From Parasitella parasitica NRRL 2501 (lineage: Eukaryota > Fungi > Mucoromycota), in NCBI GenBank assembly GCA_025201805.1, contig MU619254.1, positions 88,014 to 150,858 of the forward strand: a stretch of DNA of 62,845 nucleotides, in the 5' to 3' direction. Below, one piece after another: positions 53,455-62,845 of this stretch. Every line of letters begins with the position of its first letter. Positions within the stretch are counted from its first letter, which is position 1. Both the position numbers and the translations under genes were made by a program. The notes below the pieces were generated by a model that did no database searches, had not been told where the DNA came from, and saw only the letters and a program-made list of their open reading frames with translations.

Positions 53455-53757
53455 TCATGCAATGCAATTACATTGATCGTCCATGCAAAACCCAATAAGA
53501 CTAGACGACATATCTTGACACAGAGCATCGCAAGATTCATGGTCATCGTCTTCACATTTTCCGATTTCTGCCTTTTCAGTGCAGTAGCATTTGTTGAAAA
53601 TACAGTTTCCTCTTCCCTGCACCATTTCTTGACATGCAAATGCACAGTCGGATGAATCGCCTTGAGTTTGACAAAGTTCATATTCACTGAGATCTAATGA
53701 TTTTGATTTGACTACTGCAATTATGTAGGCTACAGTGAATACGATAGATAATTTCAT
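53455..53757 (-). CDS. Secreted acidic two-domain CS-alpha-beta (defensin/toxin-like) peptide, paralogue of the neighbour
   Basis: MKLSIVFTVAYIIAVVKS signal peptide plus C-x8-C-x3-C-x9-C-x4-C-x-C and C-x7-C-x3-C-x10-C-x4-C-x-C. Confidence 0.8.
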   Translation of the reverse strand: MKLSIVFTVAYIIAVVKSKSLDLSEYELCQTQGDSSDCAFACQEMVQGRGNCIFNKCYCTEKAEIGKCEDDDHESCDALCQDMSSSLIGFCMDDQCNCIA

Positions 53758-54429
53758 GTAAAAAACCGAAAAGAAAAAAGATACAAGGGGAAAAAGCAAA
53801 AAGTAATCACCTAGTATTTTTATATGTGATGAGTTACAGGTCGACACAAAGCCAAGAGAAACACGCGATGATGATACTGATAGAGGTTGGCTTGTCTTAC
53901 AATTCGTGCATCTGCATCTTCCATGATTCCTTCAATTAATATATGTAATAAACCACAATAAAAACTTTGTACCTTTCTTGCTTCATTTTCTTGTGATTCT
54001 GGTACTCTTTATCTGCTTAAATTAGGTGTATAGATGATGCAAAAATGTATGTGCCCATGCTGAACATTTATGGCTCTGCTCATGTTTTTAATAACATGAT
54101 AATAATGGCTGGAGTGGGAGTTGGTTAATTGTATTGTAACACACATTTCTTGAACTTCTATTCATCATTGAAATTGAACTTTAGTGTATTATTAATTAAT
54201 AATTCCTACTCATATAGACCATCATCACTGCAATGAATTCAAAAAGTATATACATTTAAAAATTTTACTGCCCACTGTTTTTTTTTGGATTTTTATTCTA
54301 TTCTGTTGATTCTATAAAACAGAAATCTAGAAAATAAAAATAAAAAACCGTATAAATTAGTTACAGAATAAAGAGGAGTGCAGCGGAAGTTCGTGTGATA
54401 CAGGCCAAGAACGTGGATCGACGCCTCTT

Positions 54430-55849
54430 TTATCCAGACAAGTCCCAAGAAACCTTTAGGATCTCTCTCTTGACAGTGCTAGCACTCTCAAATACCTTTT
54501 CGTATTTTAGTTTATCGCCATCGTCATCCTGTGTTTTGGCCAGCAGTTGGCAAAAGGGCAAAATGCCACCACCCACACCGAAGTAGACGGTTTTGGCCGC
54601 AACATAGCTAGATCAGGAATTAGATCGACATGTAGCCAGTCATTAAGCTTGATAGCATCTTACCAAACACCATAAGGTTTTTTAAGTGCTTTCTGAAATA
54701 CACTAATCAAATCAGGCAAAGCGTGTTCAGCATAGATAGTTTCTGATGTAACAATCATATCGTATTTTTCATGATCGACATTCAATTGTGCCTGCAAAAT
54801 AATGAGCGCCCAGGGGAAAAAAAAAAAAAAAAAAAATCAAGTCAACACATTGTCCAACCTGCCACAAGGAAACTCACAGGCAACGAACTCCAATCACCAA
54901 CAAATGCTCTTGTGCGAGATGCAAGTTGTTGCAACATGGTAGGAATATTCTCACTCGAAATTTCGGCTTCAGCATCACATGTGTCCACATCTTGTTCAAT
55001 GCGCTTTTCGTCATCGTCATCTTCTTCCTCTTCTTGGTCATCATCGTCCTCAGAGTCTACTTCAGAATCCTGCTCTTCGTTGACTGTTGAGGATGCTGGC
55101 TCTTGAACAGTCAAAATTGTATTCAAAAGAATATTTGGTAAAGTAATGTAACGGATAACCTGGTCATTATAGTCCTGAACATCGACTCGATTTGTGTTGC
55201 TGTGCGTTAAAAGAAAGAGTGATGGGAGCGATGAACCACAGCCAAGCTTTCCTAAACATATTAGATGTGCAGACATACGTACCACTGGCATAGCTTACCT
55301 CTAAGACTCGCTTGTTTGTGAGCTGCTCCTCTGGCAATCCCGATAAATATTGCACCATATCAATCGAACATTCCCAAGTTTTGAATCCACCTTCGTATAC
55401 ACCCTTAATAAGGTCAGAATTGCCGCTCAGATTCAACATATTGACAACATTTGTTTCTTGTTTATCGTCTACTAAATTGTCTTGTTCGGCCATTTGAAAC
55501 TTGACATCAGCCAAAGTTCGCTTGAAGAGTGTCTTTTCAAGCAAAGGAATGCGGAGAATGTCTGCTTGGATGACACTAGGCAAAGGTGAAGACTATGCTA
55601 TATCAATATCTGCTTCCTCTGCCATTTACTAGGGAATATGCTTACAAGAATATCATACTCTCGGCTAGGGATTTGACTTAATTCTTCCTTTTTCTCATCG
55701 ATGCTCAGGTCGTGAAGACTTGATTCTAATTGTTGGTTTTCCTCATTATCCTCGAGATCGAGATCATCGTTCTAGTAGAATCATGTTAGAGAGACCACAA
55801 TCTTACTTTTCTGCGTTTTTCTTACAGTAAAGTTGAATTTAAATGCCAT
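54430..55849 (-). CDS. HPM1: Histidine protein methyltransferase (Hpm1/METTL18)
   Basis: MAFKFNF, DLIKGVYEGGFKTWECS, VLELGCG, QDYN, GDW, TSETIY, AAKTVYFGVGGG. Confidence 0.92.
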
Positions 55850-56931
55850 GTTTTCCTCTTGAGTGGCGTGAAAAGCTTGACGAAATATCAACGCTTCTCT
55901 AGAAGAAGAAAAAAAAAAAAAAAAAAAAAAAACGCTCGACAAGCCACTTATAAATGATGCTGTTAATGCAAATGTCAAGCCAAATACTTGGTTTGATTAA
56001 GGTAGAAAGCATGTTGAGAAAAGGTTATGTCCATTTAATGGGAGCATGGTCGACTAATCTGTTGCGATGATTGACAATTGACTATACATGTAGTTTGAAC
56101 CGACACTATTTCTGCGAGTTTGCACATACTATTTAAGGGATATCTGTATATATCATGTCTTTCCGCGAATAATCTTGAAGAAACGAGTAGAACCGTTGAC
56201 GAAAAACATATTTTTTACGTGCTGTGAAAACCATAGTTCGTTTCAGTAACCCACAACTTTACAATGTCTCAGCAATCTCTTTTGCCAGACATTCCACAGC
56301 GCAATCTCGGAGTCCGGTAATTTATTGTTGGTCAAAGATGAGCACGCTTTTCGTTGCGAATCAGAATGCGCAAAATAAACAGTTTTGTAAATCCAATTGA
56401 TCCTTCTGAGGCCAAACAATACATGTAGATGCTGTGGTCATTCACATTAATATATTTCAATCAAAAATGAACAAAAATTCACTTTACTCTTTCAAGCTTA
56501 AATCTCCGTGAGAAATCAGGGTTGTATAATTGAACTTGATCATTTCACAATGCTTTTTAGCATATTAAAGTGTCAGATTTACAAATGATGATAAAATTAA
56601 AAATTTGACCAAAAATCTACATTTGTACGCAAATTTGTCTTAAAATTTCATATTTTGACAGGCGAATGTACCTGAAGCTTAATTGATCGTAGGTTACACT
56701 GGTTAATGCATCAGCCGAGAGATTATTTTACATTCAAAGAATATTTGAGATATGGGTATATGCCATGTAGTATCAACGAATCCCCGGTTTATTACTATCA
56801 ATGCATAGTCAAGTGCAGGTGAATGTGAGGCATGTACATCTATTAAATCTTGACTAGATGGTCTGTCATGAGGATATTATGCAAGCAAAGATGCAAAAGC
56901 GTAATAATCGACGTAAGTAGTGGGCACCGAA

Positions 56932-58055
56932 TCAGAAACACATTGGGTTGACACCCTGAGACCAAATGTAAGAGCCCAAGATAACAAACATGAAACATTG
57001 AGCTATAGCGACGGAAGAAAATCCGTAAATGTAGCTAGGTTTTCTTGGCAATGTGGTCAATTCAACCTATGCGCATACAAATACAAATACAAATACATAT
57101 ATATATATATATATATTAGGAAAGATACTCTTCTTGATGGTTGATTCACCAGATTAAAAACTTACGACGAAGGTAGAGATTGTAGTCAGACAACCACAAA
57201 AGCCATCTTCCAATCCAGCGACCACTTCACAGGCAATGGCAGATGTGCGAGGACCCGATTGAACAAGGGCCAAAATAGCAAGCACTAGCGTCCCAAAAAC
57301 GTTGGCAGCAAACGTACCGACAGGAAAGTGGGGCGTTCTAGCATTATGAAACGAAAGATACCAACGAGCGAGAGCACCCACAGGAGCAAACACACAAGCA
57401 AACGCAAGCTCTCTCTGATTGGACGAAAAGATGGCAGCAAAAACAACCCCCAACCAAGCCAAAACGGCAAAAACAATGGTCAGGCCGTCTTTATGGCCAA
57501 GATGAACAAAAGAAAAACCACGAGGCAGTAATTTTGGTTCGGTGACGATGGGCCGTATATTTGAGAGTACGTGGCCAACATGCTGGCCAAAAAGAAGGCC
57601 ATTTAGCGACATGGCAAGCGTCACCAGGAATTGGGACAAAGCGGCTAATACATTCTTGCCTCGTGTATGCTGATAAGCATTGTAATTAGCAAATTCTTTA
57701 AATATGCCAAGCTGCCATGACGAAAATGTAGTAATGGAGCCGCAGAGACCAGTTGTGATGCCTGGGTGTAGAGGCTGGTACCTGTATTTTAGGCATGTTG
57801 GTACAAATTAGCCACTGTTTAAAGTAATTTTTACCGTAAAATTAATGCACTCTTGTTTTTGCTGGCCAAGCCCATAATGAGACAGCCAACCCATTGCGCA
57901 TAGACGAGCGCAAACACCGGCGCACCTGTGTAATCTTGCAATCGTCCTAATGCGATGCGGATTAGTGTGCCTGCAATCGAAAAAGGAATGATGGCAGCAG
58001 CTACAGCAATTTTGTTTTCATTGACTTCCACTGACTTTGCTGCTAAATCGCTCAT
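56932..58055 (-). CDS. FEX1: Fluoride export channel (FEX, two fused Fluc/CrcB domains)
   Basis: GTLIR...AQWVGC...GITTGLCGSITTFSSW in domain 1; GALAR...GTFAANVFGT...GFCGCLTTISTFVVE in domain 2. Confidence 0.92.
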
Positions 58056-58235
58056 GATTTTCGCAAAAAAAAGAGAGATAGATGTTTGGGAAGCTGGCGA
58101 AAATGATCATCCGAGGCCGAAGACACGGAGATATTATAGACTGCTTTTGATAGCGTCTTTGTCTGCAGATCCTGTAATAAAAAAAAGAGCTTCTTCCGCC
58201 ATTTTTGTTTGAACTTCTTTTGCAACTATTCATAC

Positions 58236-58916
58236 ATGGGCAATCCGCTTGATCTGTACAACATTCGTGCTGCCGTGGAATCTGACGTTCCTCAAATTCT
58301 TGAAATATACAATGAACGCATTGCCAACTCAACCTGCCTCTTCATGTACGACCAAGTGCCACTTGACAACCGTGCAACTTGGTTCATGGAAACCAAGGCC
58401 AGGGGATATCCCATCATTGTAGCTGCTGAAAAAGATACAAACAAGGCAATTGCATACGCCAACTATGGCGGGTTTCGACCTCATACCGCCTATGTGCTGT
58501 AAGTATGGGGGGGAGGAGGAGGAGGAAATTAAGAGTACCGGCGTTGTGCGGGAGTTTGACAGATTGGTAGAACCACCGAAATCTCATTGTATGTGCATCA
58601 AGGCCATCAGCGCAAGGGATTGGGCGCGCTTATGCTCAAAGAAATGCTGCGCATTGCTCAAGGAATGAATTTCCGAAGCATCATTGCCGGCATTACAGCT
58701 GAAAACGAGGGATCTGTCGTACTCTTTTCGAAATTCGGGTTTAAAAATGTCGGCCACTTGCACGATGTGGGCTATAAGTTTGGCAGATACTTGGATGTTG
58801 TGTTTTTAGAGTACATCACAGACGCTCGAGTTCCTGAGGGCCAAAAAATACCTTCATTCAAGCGATTCGATTGGGAAAACTATGTGTTTGGCGGTCAAAA
58901 TCAAGAGATTTATTAA
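58236..58916 (+). CDS. GNAT acetyltransferase, phosphinothricin/methionine-sulfoximine acetyltransferase-like
   Basis: IRAA..SDVPQILEIYN..IANST..F, TTEISLYVHQGHQRKGLG, NEGSV.LF.KFGF..VG....VGYKFGRYLDV; one intron. Confidence 0.88.
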
Positions 58917-58925
58917 TAAAGACGC

Positions 58926-60109
58926 CTAATTATCAGCAAAGAAAGGAGTATAAGGGAGAGAGGCCGTCAATCCTCCGTCTACCTTGATATCTTGACCTGT
59001 AATAAACGACGACTCTGGCCCAGCTAAAAAAGCTGCCATCGCAGCAACCTTGTGTCGTGTGAAATGAGTTGGTAACTCTATCATGTTTGCACTGATATAC
59101 GTTTCTACGTACCTCTGCGGGGCAGCCGAATCTTTGCAAAGCAGAGTTTGTCTTCATGGCATGCTCCATAAACTCATTGCCCTTAATCAGTGATAATACC
59201 TTTTCTGTCATCTCTGTTTCAATGATGCCCTATGTACATTTGCTCGAGCTCAATAATCAGATGGCACTATAAAAAAAAACGAGAGGATACTTTACTGGGC
59301 AAATTGCATTGACACGAATGTTCTTTCCACGAAGTCTCCAAGCAGCTGATTGACACAAGTTGATGACACTATACACATATCACAGTTTAGATCCATATTC
59401 CGTGAAACTGGCAGATACTACTTGCGCTGCTTTCGATGCTGAATACGACATGGGCCCAGCGCCAGATCGGACGCCAGCAACTGTGGATAAATGAAAAAGG
59501 ATGAGCAATTGCGTGTGATCACGTACGATTTCGTATGTACCTGAAGCTGTTGCAATAATGGATCCGCTACTCTGAGGTTTTTCTGTAGATGTCTGTTCCA
59601 TTGCTTCCGATGCATATTTAATGGCTGCATAAACACTATCAAAACATATGGATTTTGAACATTTGAAATAGTCTCGGTATTTCCCACGTTACCTCCATGA
59701 ATTTACACACATCATGTTTAAAAACTCTTCTTTTGTTTCAGTTTTCATAGGATGTGCGCCTGCAATCCCAGCATTTGCGAAATATACGTCCAGTCGACCA
59801 AACTTGGCCATAGCTTCTGCGATAACATCTTTGATATCGTCGTCAGAACTGGCGTCCATGCGTTTTGGAATACACTCGACGCCTGTCGAATTGGAGACAT
59901 CTTCAGCTAGAGTTGCTAAATGCTCATCGTAAATATCTGTAGCGTAAATAGCTCGGACATTCTTTTTTGCAAATGCGTATACTGCAGCTCGACTAAATAC
60001 GTCAAAGTGTTAATTGCCTGTCGACGTGTCAAGTGCATGATCGAGGCTATGCGTACCCAATACCAGTCAATGAGTTGGCGCCTGTGATAATGCAGACCAA
60101 GTTGTCCAT
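58926..60109 (-). CDS. Short-chain dehydrogenase/reductase (classical SDR), multi-exon
   Basis: IITGANSLTGIG, GRLDVYFANAG, YSASKAA (YxxxK), IRVNAICPG, FITGQDIKVDGG. Confidence 0.92.
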
Positions 60110-60675
60110 ATTTTGAATAGATAGTATGTAGTGGGTGAATTTGTGAGCGAAAAAGTGCTGTTTAATTACACGGCTCAGAGGAGCGTTTTATACTCAATTC
60201 AGGGGGGGAACACAAAGCTGGCTAAACTATAAAATCACTTCGCACGCATGAATTGTTATGTAATATTGTATTTTCTATATAAACCAAAAATACACGTAAA
60301 TCAACACATCCATTACCATGGGAATTAGGCAAACGTGTTTGCTTTTCAATGATACAGCTGATAATGGGGTCCATATGCTTATGATTAAAGTTTGGTCTTG
60401 ATTGATTATTACAAGGTAAATCATATTCTCTTATGAGACACCGTGAGTTATCAAAAAGCTTAAATATCCTACTACAGTGGAAAATGCAAATTGTCCCAGA
60501 AGCTTGAACTAAAAACACGCGATATATGAGAGTTATTGCTCCATTACAATATAAATTGTAGGCTGACCAGATTTGGATGCGCACTCATAGTCTATTATGC
60601 AACATCTAATAGAACGTACATATCTTTCGGAATTCGACATGAGGAAATTTCTGCGTAATTTTTTTCACCAATTGG

Positions 60676-60685
60676 NNNNNNNNNN
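60676..60685. other. Assembly gap (10 N) adjoining a 40-nt poly-A tract
   Basis: N run in the sequence. Confidence 1.
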
Positions 60686-60727
<42 letters not shown>

Positions 60728-60814
60728 GGAGAGACATATGCCATGTTTCTACATGGAATTTTACCATTCTTATAAATACCAAGCGCTTTTTACCTTTTCA
60801 TATAGACGACCAAC

Positions 60815-61342
60815 ATGAAATTTCTATTTGCTACTACCACAATCTTATCCATCACATCCTACATTGCTGCAATCCAAGCACAGCAGCAGCCCCAGTGGTC
60901 TTTGATTGACTGCACATGGCCATGTCCTAATGGTGCTGATAGCTGTATTATTACCAATGATGGTGCCCGATGCGGACCCAAGTCTGGTTCACAGTGGCTG
61001 ATTCCTGCTGCTGACAAGTCTCCAATTTACACCGGCGCTTACGCACATCGCCCGTTGGAGTCTTGCATCCCTGCTCCTATCCCCAATTTGACTCATGTGG
61101 ACCAAGGTGCCGCTACGGATGCTAGTCAGTCTGTAATTTTGTTTCCCATGCAAACCGAAGTAGACAGGCCTCTTGATGAATATCTCGGTAACTGTGATGG
61201 AGGCATGTACTGCTCTGCTACTGGCAATGACAAGACTAATCCTGTGTGCCGCATAAGATTGCAACCTGGATCTGCTTGTGCTTCGTCAAATCAATGTTAT
61301 AGTCGAAATTGTGAGAACAGTGTGTGTGTAAAGAAGGTCTAA
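60815..61342 (+). CDS. Secreted 12-Cys protein (uncharacterised domain)
   Basis: TATAAATA upstream, signal peptide MKFLFATTTILSITSYIAAIQA, 12 Cys, stop immediately after the last Cys cluster. Confidence 0.85.
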   Translation: MKFLFATTTILSITSYIAAIQAQQQPQWSLIDCTWPCPNGADSCIITNDGARCGPKSGSQWLIPAADKSPIYTGAYAHRPLESCIPAPIPNLTHVDQGAATDASQSVILFPMQTEVDRPLDEYLGNCDGGMYCSATGNDKTNPVCRIRLQPGSACASSNQCYSRNCENSVCVKKV

Positions 61343-61759
61343 CAGAGATCCTATCGCCACTATCGCTAAATGTGAGATGTATCAATGTTAAAATAAACCA
61401 GTGAAAGCTTTCCATGGTCTCATTATGGCCAATTTGAAGGTATCTTTTATCAGGGTTTCATATATTTCCCAAATCTCTTTCATCAAATTCATCTTTGGCA
61501 CGTTTCCTTTTTACGAGTAGACATTGAAGCAAAATCATATGTCATAATCAATATATTATAAAAATGTGCAAATCAGGTATTAAACTGGATGTATCTCGTA
61601 CTAACCAACTGCGTCCATTATGAGACATTTGACTCTTCCTCATCTTCCATCAATTTCAAACCAGAACCCCATCGATTATATAAAAAAAAATTCCCTTTTC
61701 AAATGTTAGGCAGCTCTCCATTTATCTCTCTTTTTAATCTATACAAGGCCTTATAACCC

Positions 61760-62683
61760 ATGAGGCAATCAGCGCCTGTCATCTATGCCACACAAAGCTC
61801 TGTCATCAATTGCACATGGCCCTGTTTCGATAATAATGCAAAATGTGTAGTCACCCCTAAGAGTGCAAGCTGTCAAATACCTTTGGGCGATGGCTGGATA
61901 CTTGGTTCACCAACAAAAGCCCCCACATTTACTGGAGCCTCAGTCTCCAAGATTCTCTCTGCCTGCATTGCAGCTCCAAATCCACAATTACCAGCAGCGT
62001 CACCAAATACAAATATCAATTCCAATCAGACCATCGTTCAATGGCCACCTTGGACATTGCGTAGACCACTTGACTCCTACATGGGCAACTGTGGTCATAA
62101 TTTGTACTGTTCCTCTACTGGCCAAGATGCTAATCAACCTGTTTGTCGAAAACGGTTAAGCGTTGGCTCTATGTGTTATTCTTCAAATCAATGCCGTGCA
62201 GGCTTTTGCAATGATGGAGTCTGTCACTCTAAAGACGAGGATTCTACTGGTACTGATTATTCTCACAGCCGTAACAATGCCCACATGAGCAACAAAACCA
62301 TTCAAATCTTGGCTTCAGTCTTGGGTATTATTGGTGCTCTTTTATTCGCTTGCATCAGCTTCTACATGTACCATCGCCATCGTCGTGTAGTCAACAAAAA
62401 CCACGATAGAGTCTGTTCGTCCTCAGGCGAAAATACAAACAGCTCTTCCAATTTCCCTGATAAAAGCGTAGTACCTGTCAGCAGCAATAGCTATAATGAA
62501 GAGCAATTTGCTTCTGATTTTTTACGAGGAGACACACACCATAATGCTGCAGCGTCTGTTATTGTCGATACCAACAATGCTTTATCAGCTGCAGGACTGA
62601 ATCAATTACAGGCCGACATGCTGAAAAGTTACAGTGCTGATAGCAATGGATTTCTTGGACCACCACCCTCCTATAGGCAATAG
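61760..62683 (+). CDS. Single-pass membrane protein with the same 12-Cys ectodomain and a cytoplasmic PPxY motif
   Basis: Ectodomain aligns with the upstream gene. TM ILASVLGIIGALLFACISFYMY is followed by a basic HRHRR stop-transfer; C-terminal PPPSY. Confidence 0.85.
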   Translation: MRQSAPVIYATQSSVINCTWPCFDNNAKCVVTPKSASCQIPLGDGWILGSPTKAPTFTGASVSKILSACIAAPNPQLPAASPNTNINSNQTIVQWPPWTLRRPLDSYMGNCGHNLYCSSTGQDANQPVCRKRLSVGSMCYSSNQCRAGFCNDGVCHSKDEDSTGTDYSHSRNNAHMSNKTIQILASVLGIIGALLFACISFYMYHRHRRVVNKNHDRVCSSSGENTNSSSNFPDKSVVPVSSNSYNEEQFASDFLRGDTHHNAAASVIVDTNNALSAAGLNQLQADMLKSYSADSNGFLGPPPSYRQ

Positions 62684-62845
62684 CTTTTGTCAACTGCTCA
62701 AGTACCTTTAATTGTAATGATTTCATACCCACAATTTTATCCGAAAACATAATAAATGCTCTTGAAAAACAATCATGAATCGCACATAATAAATAAGATT
62801 AATACTGAAAAACGATTCAAGCAAGCTTTTTTTTTTTTTTTTTTT

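Noticed and set aside
58056-58235. Fluoride riboswitch upstream of FEX
   Set aside because: Only a vague GGATGATCATTTTCGCC on the minus strand. It lacks the GGCGATGG..TTCGCC pairing and the downstream CTRATGAC pseudoknot motif.

Overview
Gene-dense, AT-rich eukaryotic DNA with many short (about 50-70 nt) GT-AG introns. It is most consistent with a Mucorales (Mucoromycota) fungus; this is inferred from gene architecture and transposon type. About 30 protein-coding genes can be reconstructed by hand. Most are housekeeping: UBX protein, aminopeptidase P, Sds3-like, cofilin, ZCCHC10-like, proteasome alpha1, Cus2/Tat-SF1, Nop16, CDF and SulP transporters, F-box/WD40, syntaxin, Atg12, chitin synthase, pyruvate kinase, NIPA, Trm82, Rps10, Rad14/XPA, Hpm1, FEX fluoride channel, GNAT and SDR. 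A decayed Tc1/IS630 transposase, a foldback/MITE-like element and two 10-N assembly gaps are also present. The most interesting content is uncharacterised Cys-rich extracellular proteins: (i) a tandem pair sharing a 12-Cys domain, one secreted and one single-pass membrane protein ending in a PPxY motif (possible receptor plus soluble decoy or ligand), and (ii) a tandem pair of two-domain CS-alpha-beta defensin/toxin-like peptides, one strongly acidic. Several structured-RNA candidates flank TRM82/RPS10. All calls come from manual translation and motif recognition; no database searches were run. Multi-exon CDS coordinates are outer bounds.
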